Source: an uncultured bacterium
GTDB lineage: Bacteria; Abyssobacteria; SURF-5
Length of the DNA: 64,000 bases
Assembly: GCA_964607485.1 (NCBI GenBank)
Contig: CAZSKP010000007.1
Location: 58,117 to 122,116 of the forward strand
Reading direction: 5' to 3'
The notes beneath the pieces are model-generated. The model had not been told where the DNA came from. It made no database searches and was given only the letters and a program-made list of their open reading frames with translations. Shown piece after piece: positions 47,165-58,157 of the stretch. Every line of letters begins with the position of its first letter. The stretch's first letter is position 1. A program made the position numbers and the translations under genes.

Positions 47165-48846
47165 ACCTGCTCGGAAGCTACGCGTACAACAAGCTCCTCC
47201 TGCTTCGAAACCATGTGCGCTCCGTTCGCAACGAGTCGAAGCTGAAGCTGGCCGTGGTTTCGCTCTGGTTGCTGATCTTTCTATCCGTCGGCTGCTGGTT
47301 CTTCTTCAAGGCATTCGATTTTTTGTACAACTTTCCCGTGGGCGACCTTCTGGCGGTCAGGGTGCTCGCGCTTTTCTTCCTCACCCTTTTCGCCATGCTG
47401 GTGTTCAGCAACATACTGGTGGCCTTTTCCACCTTGTACAAATCGGCCGAGACCGACTTCCTCTTTTCTCTGCCCATGAGCGAGCAGGAAGTCTTCATCT
47501 GCCGGTTCGTCGAGACGCTTGCGTACAGCTCGTGGGCCTTCATCTTCCTCGGGATTCCGCTCATGGTAAGCTACGGCGTGGTGTTTCACGTGAGGTGGTA
47601 TTTCTATCCCGCGCTTCCGTTGTTCTTCCTGCCCTACGTCGTCATCGCGGGGATGCTGGGGACATTGATCATGCTGATTATGGTTCGCATCTTCCCGAAG
47701 ATGAATTTCAAGGTCATCATCGGAGTGATAGGGGTGCTGGGGCTGGGCTTCGGCTTCTTTCTCTATCGGTCGTTTTCGGTTTCGCGGATAAGCCAGCTTG
47801 AGATATTGGACCAGATACTTTCGGCGCTGAAGACGACGCAGTCGCCGTTTTTCCCCAGCCACTGGCTGAACGAAGGAGTTCTGGCGGCGGGAAGCGGCGA
47901 CCTGCGCGAGTCGGCCTTCTACTTCGCCCTGCTGCTCAGCAACGCGCTCATGGTCGTCATGGTTTCGTTGTGGCTGGCGGGGTTTCATTACTACAGGGGA
48001 TGGGCCGCGCTTCGGGGTTTCAGCCTGATACGATACTATCCCATCGGAAAGGGCCTGCTCAGCCGGGTGGAGAAGCTGGTCGGGCCGCTGCGTTCGCCGA
48101 CGCGAGCGCTCGTGATGAAGGACCTGCGAATGTTCTGGCGCGACCCGTCGCAGTGGGCGCAGTTCGCCATCTTCTTCGGCCTGCTGATCGTTTATGTGAG
48201 CAACCTGTATAACTACCAGAAATTCATGGCGCCGGAGTGGCAGACGAGGATTGCGTTTCTCAACCTTGCGGCGGCGGCGCTCGTGCTCTCCGTCTTGACG
48301 ACGCGATTCGTCTTTCCGCTTTTCAGTCTGGAGGGCAAGAGGTTCTGGATAGTCGGCCTGGCGCCGCTCAAACGCAGCAGGCTTCTCGTTCAGAAATTTC
48401 TTCTGAGCATCGCGACGACGCTCGTCTTCACGGAGGCGCTGATGCTCGTCTCGAGCATTGCCCTGAACCTGAGCGGAACGGTCATGGTCGTGTGCTGCGC
48501 GACCATGTTCCTGATGAACTTCGCCATGGCCGGGCTCGCCGTGGGGCTGGGGGCCATGTATCCCAATTTCAGGGACGACAATCCCGCGCGCATAGTCTCC
48601 GGCCTCGGAGGCACCCTCAACTTCATCCTCAGCATGCTGTACGTGGCGGTTGTCGTTCTTGTCGAGGGCATCGTGTTCTGGGAATACACCGAACGCGGCA
48701 AGGCCGGCTGGCTCGTCCCGCTTCTCAGGGTTGATTTTCATCAGGCCATACTGGTCGCGTTTGCGGCGGTGGTCGCGATAAGCCTGTTCACGACCGTCGC
48801 GCCGATGTACCTGGGCATCAAGAACGTGAACAGGCTGGAGTTTTAG
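47161..48846 (+). CDS. Putative ABC-2-type permease
   Basis: Duplicated multi-TM halves, ETDFLFSLP, KDLR.FWRD, FSLEGK.FW...APL; ATGA overlap with upstream gene. Confidence 0.82.
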   Translation: MNLLGSYAYNKLLLLRNHVRSVRNESKLKLAVVSLWLLIFLSVGCWFFFKAFDFLYNFPVGDLLAVRVLALFFLTLFAMLVFSNILVAFSTLYKSAETDFLFSLPMSEQEVFICRFVETLAYSSWAFIFLGIPLMVSYGVVFHVRWYFYPALPLFFLPYVVIAGMLGTLIMLIMVRIFPKMNFKVIIGVIGVLGLGFGFFLYRSFSVSRISQLEILDQILSALKTTQSPFFPSHWLNEGVLAAGSGDLRESAFYFALLLSNALMVVMVSLWLAGFHYYRGWAALRGFSLIRYYPIGKGLLSRVEKLVGPLRSPTRALVMKDLRMFWRDPSQWAQFAIFFGLLIVYVSNLYNYQKFMAPEWQTRIAFLNLAAAALVLSVLTTRFVFPLFSLEGKRFWIVGLAPLKRSRLLVQKFLLSIATTLVFTEALMLVSSIALNLSGTVMVVCCATMFLMNFAMAGLAVGLGAMYPNFRDDNPARIVSGLGGTLNFILSMLYVAVVVLVEGIVFWEYTERGKAGWLVPLLRVDFHQAILVAFAAVVAISLFTTVAPMYLGIKNVNRLEF

Positions 48847-48948
48847 ACAGGCTGAAGCGTTGAGATGGCAAAAACGACTGAGCCTCCGGCTTGACAGAGT
48901 CTGCGGGATTGATATAATAAAATAGCTTCAAAAGCGGCACCCGAAGCG

Positions 48949-49025
48949 GGGCGGTTAGCTCAGATGGCGAGAGCGCCTGCCTTACAAGCAGGAAGCCACT
49001 GGTTCGAATCCAGTACCGCCCACCA
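48949..49025 (+). tRNA. tRNA-Val (anticodon TAC)
   Basis: GGGCGGT/ACCGCCC acceptor stem, CCTGC-CT-TAC-AA-GCAGG anticodon arm, GGTTCGAATCC, encoded CCA; TTGACA/TATAAT upstream (48891-48918). Confidence 0.97.
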
Positions 49026-49472
49026 TGTAACTTACTGATAATCAGCATGTTACAACTGCGCTGAAACGCCTTGCCAGATTTTACCCATCAAAATGTGGCC
49101 CAAACTGTGGCACAACTCCACATTATCTTGTATTAATATACTTCGTTGTTCATACCATGGAAAGCCGCCACATGCCCGTTTGTCAGGTGGTCATGTAACC
49201 TTCGAGAAGATCTCTTCAGATCCGATCCCTCTTTTGGAGGGGAAAATTCTGAAGTGTGAAGCTCTGGCTAAGACTGATTCTTCACCCGTGTAGGAACGAC
49301 CCGTCTCATGATTTCAGAGAAGTGAGCGGTGCAGAGTTGAAAACGTTATCTACACTCTCTCAGAGCGATATTTGAACGGTCAGATGGGTGAAAGCTGCAC
49401 TTTCAGTAGGTCGAGAGAAGTGCAGCTTCGAAAAGTCTCTTTGATTCCGGATCGGCCCATCACATGGCGAAG

Positions 49473-50705
49473 CTACCGCCTTCGCCCTCCACCCATACCT
49501 AGGCGCGGCCTACGACTGCGGAAAGTGCGGCCATTTCCTTGCGACCTTGCCTTGTGTTCCGGCGTCGGGGCGATTTCATGCTTGAATCCCGAAATCTCTT
49601 CGATCCGGATCTCGTGGCCAAGGAGCCGTTGGATATTGACCAGCAGCCCTCTCTCTTCGGCACAGACAAGCGACAACGCAACCCCCTCGGTTCCGGCTCT
49701 GCCGGTGCGGCCGATACGGTGGACGTAATCCTCTGCAACATGGGGAAGTTCGTAATTGACCACGTGGGGGAGTCGGTCGATGTCCAAGCCACGAGAGGCA
49801 ACGTCGGTGGCAACAAGGGTCCTTACCGCGCCACTCTTAAAATCGGCAAGGGCACGGGTGCGCGCAGCCTGGCTCTTGTTGCCGTGGATGGACGTGGTGC
49901 TGATACCGGCGGTCTTAAGCTGCTTTTCCAGCCTGTTGGCCCCGTGCTTTGTCTTGGTAAAGACCAGTACCTGACTCCAGTCGCCCTCCCTGATAAGGTG
50001 GCAGAGCAGTTCGCGCTTACGGGAGTGCCCCACCGGGTGAATCACCTGGGTCACAAGCTCTGCCGCCATATTGCGTCGGGTCGACACCTCGATGTACTCC
50101 GGTGAGTGGAGCAGCCTGTCGGACAGATCCCTGATCGCGGCCGTATAGGTGGCGGAAAAAAGAAGGTTCTGGCGTTTCCGCGCAAGCAGCTTCGATATCC
50201 TGCGAATGTCGTGAATGAAGCCCATATCCAACATGCGGTCGGCCTCGTCCAGAATCAGTATCTCCACTTGCGAGAGGTTCACCGTGCCTCGCCCTGCGTG
50301 GTCGAGCAGGCGACCGGGCGTGGCCACGAGGATGTCCACCCCCTGGCGGAGCTGTCTGATCTGCGGGTTGATAGCCACACCGCCGAAGACCACCGCAGAA
50401 CGCAGGCGGAGGTTCCTGCCGTATGTCTCAACAAATTCGCGTACCTGGACGGCCAGTTCGCGCGTAGGGGTAAGCACCAAGGCGCGGGGGTTGCGTGATT
50501 TGCCATCCCGACTACTCAGCAGCTGCAGCATGGGCAACGCAAAGGCGGCGGTCTTACCTGTACCGGTCTGAGCGCCTGCGAGCACGTCGCGGCCCTTCAG
50601 GATCACAGGGATAGCCTGCACCTGTATGGGGGTCGGGGTCGTGTAGCCCCGTGCCGATACGGCACCGAGCAGTTCGGCCCGAAGGCCAAGTTGTTCAAAG
50701 GACAT
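49473..50705 (-). CDS. rhlE: DEAD-box RNA helicase RhlE
   Basis: [55 protein letters not shown]. Confidence 0.93.
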   Translation of the reverse strand: MSFEQLGLRAELLGAVSARGYTTPTPIQVQAIPVILKGRDVLAGAQTGTGKTAAFALPMLQLLSSRDGKSRNPRALVLTPTRELAVQVREFVETYGRNLRLRSAVVFGGVAINPQIRQLRQGVDILVATPGRLLDHAGRGTVNLSQVEILILDEADRMLDMGFIHDIRRISKLLARKRQNLLFSATYTAAIRDLSDRLLHSPEYIEVSTRRNMAAELVTQVIHPVGHSRKRELLCHLIREGDWSQVLVFTKTKHGANRLEKQLKTAGISTTSIHGNKSQAARTRALADFKSGAVRTLVATDVASRGLDIDRLPHVVNYELPHVAEDYVHRIGRTGRAGTEGVALSLVCAEERGLLVNIQRLLGHEIRIEEISGFKHEIAPTPEHKARSQGNGRTFRSRRPRLGMGGGRRR

Positions 50706-50926
50706 AAAATTACTCCTCAATCCGCCTCCTCAAGATTATTGAGCCGATCAAGGCCGATTAGTTAAGGTTGTTCTTCTCTGGGAGTGTGGTTGATAAAGAA
50801 AGGAATTAGCAACGACACAACGGAGCCTATCGGTGGGCGCCAAATTCACGATACATTTATTATAACACATGATACCTCGGATTACCAGGCTTATTTCAAC
50901 TCCATCCATTTAGCGGAAGTATCCTG

Positions 50927-51720
50927 TTAAGAGTCAAGAATATTATCACGGTAGAATCTCAGAGAAAGACTTCGCAGGCTTGTGCTGAAAAGCGTAGAAC
51001 GGAAAATGAACTCCACACTTTCTCGGGACAATATTGAAGGTCGAATGGGTGATAACCTGCTTTCAGTCAACAGAAGAAGGCCAACCTTTGGACAATTATA
51101 CGAAACAATTAATCTCACCGAGCTTCTGTTCAGGCCGATCTTCTTCAGTAGAGCAATATGCCTGATATCTGAACGCAGATTGAGTCTGCTTTTCAAATTC
51201 ATAAAGATGACTCTGCATCTTCTCAGCCTTTTGTTTTGAAAAAGGTAGCTAATTTCGGACAATACATCGAGTAAGTGCAATCGCACATAGATGATTTGCT
51301 GCGGAGAAGCGTTCTCAATTGCTTCACATGCTAAGCATCGGTTTCAGCGACGCGGGCAAGTTCGCATCGGAAATAGTTCCGTATTTGAGGTGGATACTTG
51401 AAATCGATCGCGCCATGGAGTTTGAGACTGCGTTCATGTGCGTCATCTATATTGGCAAGAGTTTTGAAGGTAATTCGGATAGTACGGCCTTTAGAATCTC
51501 GTTCACCGTGTTCCAAATTCGGGGAACCTTTGTCGGATTGGGAATGTAGCCAAACCTTGACTACAGTCAATTCAGGCAAGAAGGGTTTGGCCGTTCCGAT
51601 GACGTCTTTCACCAGCCATAGGTTCTCCTCATCAGTGAAGTCGGGGAACTTCTCGGAAAGGAAATCAAGAACCGGTCCTTCAACAGTAGTTCCATTGAAT
51701 TTGATACCGCTTTTTCTCAT
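50927..51720 (-). pseudogene. Possible frameshifted hypothetical gene
   Basis: ORF 51720-51331 has a GGAGG RBS; protein-like sequence continues in another frame (LACEAIENASPQQIIYVRLHLLDVLSEISYLF). Confidence 0.35.
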
Positions 51721-52085
51721 AGTTATTCTACCTCCACATCTGGAAGCCTCTTGGAAAGCATCCTATCAGAACCTTCACAGATCCATGAATATCTCAAGAA
51801 GAAGAGCTTTCTCAAGGGGTTGGCCAATCAGACATGCGAGCAATTGATCTGAGAAATTTCGTATCTTTGAACTTCCGGAAGCATAGAATTAGGCCGCGAG
51901 AAAAAGACAACCAGTGCATAATTGAAACCTGCGACCGCACGCGCCCAGAAGCGGGAATAACTGTAGAGTCTTGGCGGAATCCACCTGCTTCCTTAATAGT
52001 AGTAATGATCAACCTTTCAACAAAGAGCACCCCGATCTCCCGGGAAATCCGAGTTACATTACATTTGACAGGCTCTGATGGTCGC

Positions 52086-52625
52086 TCAACGAGCTTCACT
52101 CTCTCCCTTCTCTTCAGGTTCTAGTTTCTTAATAAGGCCCGCCAAGTCTTGCTCGCCGAGAGGGGAAATCTCATGTAGCTCTCCCTTATGAGCATAATTA
52201 ACTGACATTCCCCTGTACGAGTCATGATTCTTCACATTTCTATAATTCTCAATCAGCTCGCGGGCCGATTTATATGGAACATCTTCATTTGTCTGAAGAA
52301 GCCAGACAATCTCATAATTCCTGCTTTTGGTTGTTTGGATTCTTGTATAAACATCCTTTACCTTTTCATTGGAAGTTGCTGTTCTTACTTCCTTTTCAGA
52401 AGCACTTTTGGCGGCAGCACGATCTTGAACAGGAGGGAGAGGCTGCGTTTCTATATCTCTTGGCTTAATATTAGCCGCCTTAACTATATGGGGCAAAGAA
52501 CAAAAGATTCTCTTGAAGTCCGGCATTTTGTTGTACTTTTCCTGCTTTTCCTTTTCCTGTTTTTCCTTCTCCTTCTTTTCCCTTTCCTTCTTTCCGTACG
52601 GCCAGTGTAAAATTCGCATTTTCAT
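52086..52625 (-). CDS. Hypothetical protein with K/E-rich N-terminus
   Basis: 179 aa ORF; no family recognised. Confidence 0.5.
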   Translation of the reverse strand: MKMRILHWPYGKKEREKKEKEKQEKEKQEKYNKMPDFKRIFCSLPHIVKAANIKPRDIETQPLPPVQDRAAAKSASEKEVRTATSNEKVKDVYTRIQTTKSRNYEIVWLLQTNEDVPYKSARELIENYRNVKNHDSYRGMSVNYAHKGELHEISPLGEQDLAGLIKKLEPEEKGESEAR

Positions 52626-52688
52626 AAAACGATCCCGGCATCGGTTCGGGGCGAATATGTACCTAACCCGTCTCGAAGCATTAAGCCT

Positions 52689-52937
52689 CTAAAGGTAAAG
52701 GTAGAACAACCTGTCGAATCCATGCTGTCTCAGATACCGTGGCGCATTATTCCAGAGCGCCTCATTGTCGTAATCGGGATGAAGGCAGATACACTGCATG
52801 CAAAAAGGGCACATTTTGGACGGACGGTCAACGCGCACACCACATCCGCACCATGAGGCCGCGAGCAGGTCAAATTCCTTCCCGCAATGCCTGCATTTCA
52901 CAGAATGACTCATCTGCGCTGTCGAAGTCATGACCAT
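52689..52937 (-). CDS. Small Cys-rich (zinc-ribbon-like) protein
   Basis: CRHC, WCGC, CPFC, CIC; GAGG RBS. Confidence 0.7.
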   Translation of the reverse strand: MVMTSTAQMSHSVKCRHCGKEFDLLAASWCGCGVRVDRPSKMCPFCMQCICLHPDYDNEALWNNAPRYLRQHGFDRLFYLYL

Positions 52938-52975
52938 AGATTTCTTGCCTCTTTTGTCATGTCATGAAGTCTGAC

Positions 52976-53413
52976 CTAGTTACAGTGTGCCTCAACGGTT
53001 CTCTTCTTCTCCAAGAGTGCCGTAACCATCTCCAAGAATCCCTTAGCCTTGAAAGGCTTCGGCACATATCCCTCGGCTTTGGAAGCCCTTTCTCGCACAC
53101 GTGTCTTTAGCCGGCCCTTGCTCGAATAGCCAGATACAAAAAGCACGGGAACCTCTGCATATCTTCTGCTTTTCCTGACCATCTGCAGTAGCCTGATCCC
53201 GTCGATTCTGGGCATGACTGCACCAAGCACCAACAAATCATATTTGAGTTTCTTGATTTGTCCCAGAGCCTCTTCGCCGTCCTTTGCAGTTTCAGCCCTG
53301 AACCCGGCGAATTCAAGAAGAGACTGGGTAAGGTTCAGGAAATCTTTGTTATCGTCGGCGATAAGTATTCTTTTCTTGCTACGCTTGTATGGCATACTTG
53401 AGAACTCCTTCAT
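52976..53413 (-). CDS. Single-domain receiver, phosphoacceptor Asp replaced by Gly
   Basis: ILIADD, AKDGEEAL, YDLLVLGAVMPRIDG, VSG, KPF; GGAGGGG RBS. Confidence 0.85.
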   Translation of the reverse strand: MKEFSSMPYKRSKKRILIADDNKDFLNLTQSLLEFAGFRAETAKDGEEALGQIKKLKYDLLVLGAVMPRIDGIRLLQMVRKSRRYAEVPVLFVSGYSSKGRLKTRVRERASKAEGYVPKPFKAKGFLEMVTALLEKKRTVEAHCN

Positions 53414-53608
53414 TTATGCCCCTCCTCTCAAATGCATTAGATGCTTAGATGCTTGCAAGTCGGCTGTCGCGCTATTCGTATCTGTGCCCAAAACCTCCCG
53501 CCTTTTCGAAAGAAGAAATTGTATGCACTAAATTTCCCAATGCCAGATGTTCTTCTTTCACTCACAGAGCTTATCCTCTTCTTGGCGTTGGAATAGAGAC
53601 GCACCGCG

Positions 53609-53968
53609 TCAGCCCCCGGTAAGACGCCGGACCACAGCTATCAGCTCTCCTTCGCCAAAAGATTTGCAAAGTAAAGCGTCGGGTTCGAGGCCTTCAATAT
53701 CCTCCGGATAAGCGGTAACGACCACGACGGGAACTTGCCGAAAGAATATTTTGAGGTATTTGAGCAGGGAAATGCCATTCAAGCAGGGCATTCTGATATC
53801 CGTCAAGACAAGACGAATTTTCCGGGCATCAAGCAGGCAAATCGCCTCCAGGCCTTCGGAGGCCTGGGATACGTCGTAGCCGGCCTCGAGTAACGCACGG
53901 GCTATTTGTCGCCTCTGTATGAGATTGTCCTCGACAACAAGTACTGAGGGTCCGCACACGATTATCAC
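53609..53968 (-). CDS. Single-domain response regulator receiver (start uncertain)
   Basis: VLVVEDN, ASEGLEA, LVLTDIRMP..NG, VVTAY, KSF. Confidence 0.82.
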   Translation of the reverse strand: MIIVCGPSVLVVEDNLIQRRQIARALLEAGYDVSQASEGLEAICLLDARKIRLVLTDIRMPCLNGISLLKYLKIFFRQVPVVVVTAYPEDIEGLEPDALLCKSFGEGELIAVVRRLTGG

Positions 53969-54375
53969 TCTTTCCTGACGTGTCGGAGACAGCGCCGGTA
54001 CAGGATAATCAGTTCGGCGGTTTCCTTTCGGAAGGCATTTGGATGGCTGAGATGGAGGGCCCAGAAAGGCAATCGCTTTCTTCTGTGTACAGTATATCAT
54101 GGAAGACAAAATAATACTATCGAAAAGACTGTTTGGCGGACTTCCCCGTTCGCTCCTTGCGCTGCGCACGGCATCTGATGGGACCCAAACGTAGGCCGGA
54201 AGGGGCGTATTTCTCAGTGTGCGGAAGGGTGCGAATGAACTCAAGCGGAGTGTCCAGGCAATGCAAAGTTGAAAACGAACTCTTCACTCTTGGGAAGGCG
54301 AACAGATACTTGAGTAATTCAAGGTTTTCGGCCCGGGAATGGTCTTCGTTGTCTTGCGAGGCTCGCGTGTCGCGC

Positions 54376-54468
54376 TGTCATTCCCGTGAAAACGGGAATC
54401 CAGAAAATTTCTAATGGACTAGGTTCCCACTTGCGTGGGAATGACAAAGTAGAGGCGTGGGAATGACA
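54376..54468. repeat. GTCATTCCC-type palindrome cluster
   Basis: TGTCATTCCCGTGAAAACGGGAATCCAG...TTCCCACTTGCGTGGGAATGACA...GCGTGGGAATGACA. Confidence 0.8.
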
Positions 54469-54567
54469 GAGAAGGTGTCAATTCCTTCGTGTTCTTCGTG
54501 GACAGGTTCTTTCAAGCCTCAAACCGTAAACCGGAGACCGGAGACCGTAAACCCGAGGAGGAAATCG

Positions 54568-54726
54568 CTAATCCTGCTTGATGCGGAGGCGGACTTTGTG
54601 GACGGTGGTCTTGGAGCGTTTGTCCTCGGAGTGTTCTTCCTGTTTGCTGACCGTGGCCTCGATGATGGAATAGCCATCGACGAGATACCTGAGCAGTTCC
54701 TCGCGTATGACCTCCTCGGCGTTCAT
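54568..54726 (-). CDS. Small hypothetical protein (52 aa)
   Basis: MNAEEVIREELLRYLVDGYSIIEATV...; host-like codon use; no family recognised. Confidence 0.45.
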   Translation of the reverse strand: MNAEEVIREELLRYLVDGYSIIEATVSKQEEHSEDKRSKTTVHKVRLRIKQD

Positions 54727-54888
54727 GCCGGCGCGGGGTGAGAACGTGGCAATATTTGGGGAAACGAAAAAAATGAAAGTTGAACAGGAATAACAAAATC
54801 CACCGTGACCGGCAACCTCCGGCTCTGACGGCCTGACAAATCTTTGCCAAATCAGCCGCAAATCAACGCATAGCAGAAGAACCTGAAA

Positions 54889-56427
54889 TTAGTGACTGGG
54901 AAGGGGGGGGCTTTGCGGCTTGTCAATTCCCAGATCGATCATCCTTGCCGGGAGGTCCGGTTTGCGGAACAATGTCCGCCTTCTAAATGGACTGAATAGC
55001 AATTTGATGATATCGGACATTCCCATATTTCGGCCGAACGTACATATGAGCTTTATGGTTTGGATCGGTCGGCCGATGATTCGCCGAGCGAAGAGAAGCA
55101 AGTAACCCTTCATGCGGATACGATTCAGCACCTCACTCGGCAAGATAGTCGGGTCGATGTCAGAACACTTGAACCATTTATGCCAGTCCCGTTCGTCATC
55201 GATGATCCCACGGTCCACATATTCTTTCCATAAGGGAGTTCCCCGATAAACGCATAAACGATTAAAATTGAAGGTGTCTAGTTTTAGCCTGGCCGCGAAC
55301 CGAAAACTTTCCATGATGTCTTGTTCACTCTCGTCCGGTGAACCAATCAGGAAGAATCCGTGGATTCTCGGAATCCCCTGACGTTTGGCTTCGTTGACTG
55401 CATGTTCCACTTGTTCCAAGGTCTGCTTCTTATTGAGCCGGTCGAGGACCTTCTGTGTGCTAGCCTCAATGCCGAAGCTCAGTGCATTGCAGTTCGCCTC
55501 GCTCATAATGGGCAATTGGTCGATTGTGGTCGAATCGGCACGTCCCTCGCAACCCCACCGAAATTCGAACTTACGCTCGATCATACCACTGCAAATTTCT
55601 CCGATGCGTCTGCGATTCTTCAGGAAGTGGTCGTCCGTGAAATAGATCGAGCGATAACCCGCATCGTTGAGCTCTTGCATTTCGCCGAGGACATGTTTTG
55701 CTGAGCGATAACGCAACTTGCGATTCGAGAAGGCCGGGATATTGCAGTAGATGCAGTCGTACGGGCACCCCCTGGAAGTCTGCATCGTACAAAACTTGTC
55801 GAGCGAAAGGACCGCGGGTACATCAAGCGGCAGCGATTCGATATAGTCGATCGGGAGGGAGGTCCTATCGGCATATGGAAACTGATCTAAGTCCTCAATC
55901 AGAGCACGAGGAGTATTGCGAACGATCTCCCGCCCGTGGCGCCATACAAGGCCTTCTACCGTTCCCGGATTCTCAAAATTGTCCAGGTACTCCGGCAGGA
56001 GTTCCTCGCCCTCTCCGGTTCCGACGCAGTCCACATGCAGGCAATCCGATAGAATGTGGGTCGCATTCATTGAAGCGAATATTCCACCCAAGATTATCGG
56101 GGTAGTTGGTGTTTCCATCTTGAGTTGGGCTGCAATGCTCTTGATAGCCGGATACGTGGTGACCGAGAGGCTCGATAGCGCTATAACACCAGGCCGTTCT
56201 TCTCTTGCCGCCCGGGCAATGTCAATGGCTTTCATTTGCGGGTGACACGTGTCGAACATCCGTACGCAATGTCCATGCTGCCGAACAATCGGTGCAAGCG
56301 TTTGGATTCCGAGAGGGGGAAAAGCCATAATTTTGATTCGCGTATCATCCGGCATCAGGCTGGCCAACTTGTCGGGGAGTAAGTTACAGAAATTATCATC
56401 CCGGATATTGATCAAGAAGACGTTCAT
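54889..56427 (-). CDS. Cobalamin-binding radical SAM protein
   Basis: PPLGIQTLA, ILGGIFAS, GEGE, SRGCPYDCIYC, FTDD, FGIEAS, FFLIGSPDES. Confidence 0.92.
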   Translation of the reverse strand: MNVFLINIRDDNFCNLLPDKLASLMPDDTRIKIMAFPPLGIQTLAPIVRQHGHCVRMFDTCHPQMKAIDIARAAREERPGVIALSSLSVTTYPAIKSIAAQLKMETPTTPIILGGIFASMNATHILSDCLHVDCVGTGEGEELLPEYLDNFENPGTVEGLVWRHGREIVRNTPRALIEDLDQFPYADRTSLPIDYIESLPLDVPAVLSLDKFCTMQTSRGCPYDCIYCNIPAFSNRKLRYRSAKHVLGEMQELNDAGYRSIYFTDDHFLKNRRRIGEICSGMIERKFEFRWGCEGRADSTTIDQLPIMSEANCNALSFGIEASTQKVLDRLNKKQTLEQVEHAVNEAKRQGIPRIHGFFLIGSPDESEQDIMESFRFAARLKLDTFNFNRLCVYRGTPLWKEYVDRGIIDDERDWHKWFKCSDIDPTILPSEVLNRIRMKGYLLLFARRIIGRPIQTIKLICTFGRNMGMSDIIKLLFSPFRRRTLFRKPDLPARMIDLGIDKPQSPPLPSH

Positions 56428-56456
56428 GGTGGGAACCTCGCCGGTTCGTACCAGCC

Positions 56457-57125
56457 TTACCGCAGAATAGAGAGAACGGCAAAGTAATGCATAACACTTC
56501 CACACAGTACAAAGACGTGCCAGACACCGTGATTGAATGGCATCTTCCGCCAAGCGTAAAATATCACGCCAACCGAATAGGAAATGCCGCCGACAAGCAA
56601 CAAGACAAAGGTTTTATGCGGAACCTCGCTTAACACTTCCCTTATCGCTATCAAGACCAACCATCCCATACACAGGTACATAGCAACCGACAATCTTCTG
56701 AACTTGGTGACGGTGATAGACTTTGTGGTAATGCCAATACCTGCAAGCGTCCAAGTGACTCCAAGTAAGCTCCACCCCCACGCACCCCTGAGGTTTACCA
56801 GCATGAATGGCGTATATGTTCCGGCAATCAAAAGGAAGATCGCGGCGTGGTCCAGCTTCTTAAAGACGAGTTTTGCCGATGGAGTCGAAAGACTGTGATA
56901 GAGGGTTGAAGCGACGTAGAGAACTACGAGTGTGCCGCCGAAGATCGAAAAGCTCACGATATGCCAGGCGTTTCCATACGATGCAGCACACACTACCAGA
57001 AAACCCAGTCCGGCAATACTCAGCAATGCGCCAATTCCATGAGTGATTCCGCTGACGATTTCCTCACCAATACTACAGTACTGCACATGCATGTTCTGGC
57101 TGACTGCTACAGTCGATGGTATCAT
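56457..57125 (-). CDS. Hemolysin III / PAQR family membrane protein
   Basis: EEIVSGITHG, STLYH, LDHAAIFLLIAGTYTP, YLCMGW, HGVWHVFVL.GS..HY. Confidence 0.95.
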   Translation of the reverse strand: MIPSTVAVSQNMHVQYCSIGEEIVSGITHGIGALLSIAGLGFLVVCAASYGNAWHIVSFSIFGGTLVVLYVASTLYHSLSTPSAKLVFKKLDHAAIFLLIAGTYTPFMLVNLRGAWGWSLLGVTWTLAGIGITTKSITVTKFRRLSVAMYLCMGWLVLIAIREVLSEVPHKTFVLLLVGGISYSVGVIFYAWRKMPFNHGVWHVFVLCGSVMHYFAVLSILR

Positions 57126-57295
57126 CTGCTGTTCTTCTTCCGAGCGGCCCTGGCTGTCTTCTTGCGCTTGCGTTCTTTTACCGGCGTAAAACGTTTACGC
57201 TCTCTAAGGCGCCTCTGATCGCCATCATCTGAAAGCTTCCTTTTTAGTCTCCGCAGCGCTTTATCAATATCGTCATTAACGAACACCTCAACCAT
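57122..57295 (-). CDS. rpsU: 30S ribosomal protein bS21 (divergent; absent from ORF track, 57 aa)
   Basis: My translation: MVEVFVNDDIDKALRRLKRKLSDDGDQRRLRERKRFTPVKERKRKKTARAARKKNSR; AAAGGA RBS; ATGA overlap with the HlyIII gene. Confidence 0.8.
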   Translation of the reverse strand: MVEVFVNDDIDKALRRLKRKLSDDGDQRRLRERKRFTPVKERKRKKTARAARKKNSR

Positions 57296-57485
57296 GGTAA
57301 ATCCTTTCAGGTCCGTTCGTGTCTCGATGGGCTGCCTCCCAGCCCTCTAACCCAAAACACTTTGATTTTCCGCTGGTTCTGTCGCTCATGATCTTAGCCG
57401 TTTGGACATGGCCGAAGACCTCAAAGACACTTTGCAGATCAGTCTCAGTCGTTTCGGTTGACAGATTATCGATATAGATAATCAC
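57288..57485 (-). pseudogene. RRM RNA-binding protein, truncated/frameshifted after RNP1
   Basis: IYIDNLS..TTE.DL...FE.FG.V..AKIMSDR.SGKSKCFG then similarity lost; GGAGG RBS. Confidence 0.7.
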
Positions 57486-57984
57486 GCGGACCTCCGTGAC
57501 ATTTCTACGTTTACTGGCGGGGTGGAATTGTCATAAGACGCCTACCCATGTTTCCTGTTCCGGCAATGCATTGACAAGTCGAGCGTGGCGTCCCTATAAA
57601 TTCCCCGCTCTCCCATGGCAGATGGGATCGCCCGAATGAGACTTGCAGAGTTTTCCAAAAATTAGTCTGAAGATCAGATTCTCGGAATGAACTTCGTCAG
57701 GCTTGTCGGCACACTTTGGTGTGGACTTAAATGGAGAGTGAGCTTTCGGCCTGGCTTAAACGCCCAAGGTTAGGCTGATTCTTCGCTCAACGGCCCTTCT
57801 CTTCCTTTCGCGGCTTCCCGCAGATGTCTCCAGTATATACTTCGGGGTTCTCGATTGTCAAATCTCCCAAATTGACAAGTATCCCATGAAGCTGCTGAGA
57901 ATTTCCGCGGCAACAGCATTAGCCGTTAAGGCAAAGGCCGCGAGACGCTCGCTTTCATCGATTATATGCAGGATCAGCTAGACC

Positions 57985-58013
57985 TTGACAACGAGAATAG
58001 ATCATGATATGGT
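57985..58013 (+). promoter_or_regulatory. sigma70 promoter upstream of csp
   Basis: TTGACA (57985-90), 17 nt, TGn-TATGGT (58008-13); implies a leader of roughly 140 nt. Confidence 0.6.
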
Positions 58014-58157
58014 ATTCGCACGAGCAAGCTTCTTAGAAGCAGGAGCGAGTTAGTCAATTAATTCGATTTGGTCCGTGAGAGTGTCATCGTGCTCTCGCGG
58101 GCCTTTTTGTTTTCTATGAATGTAGAGCTCAGTTTTGAGGCAAGGAAGGTGAACGAT

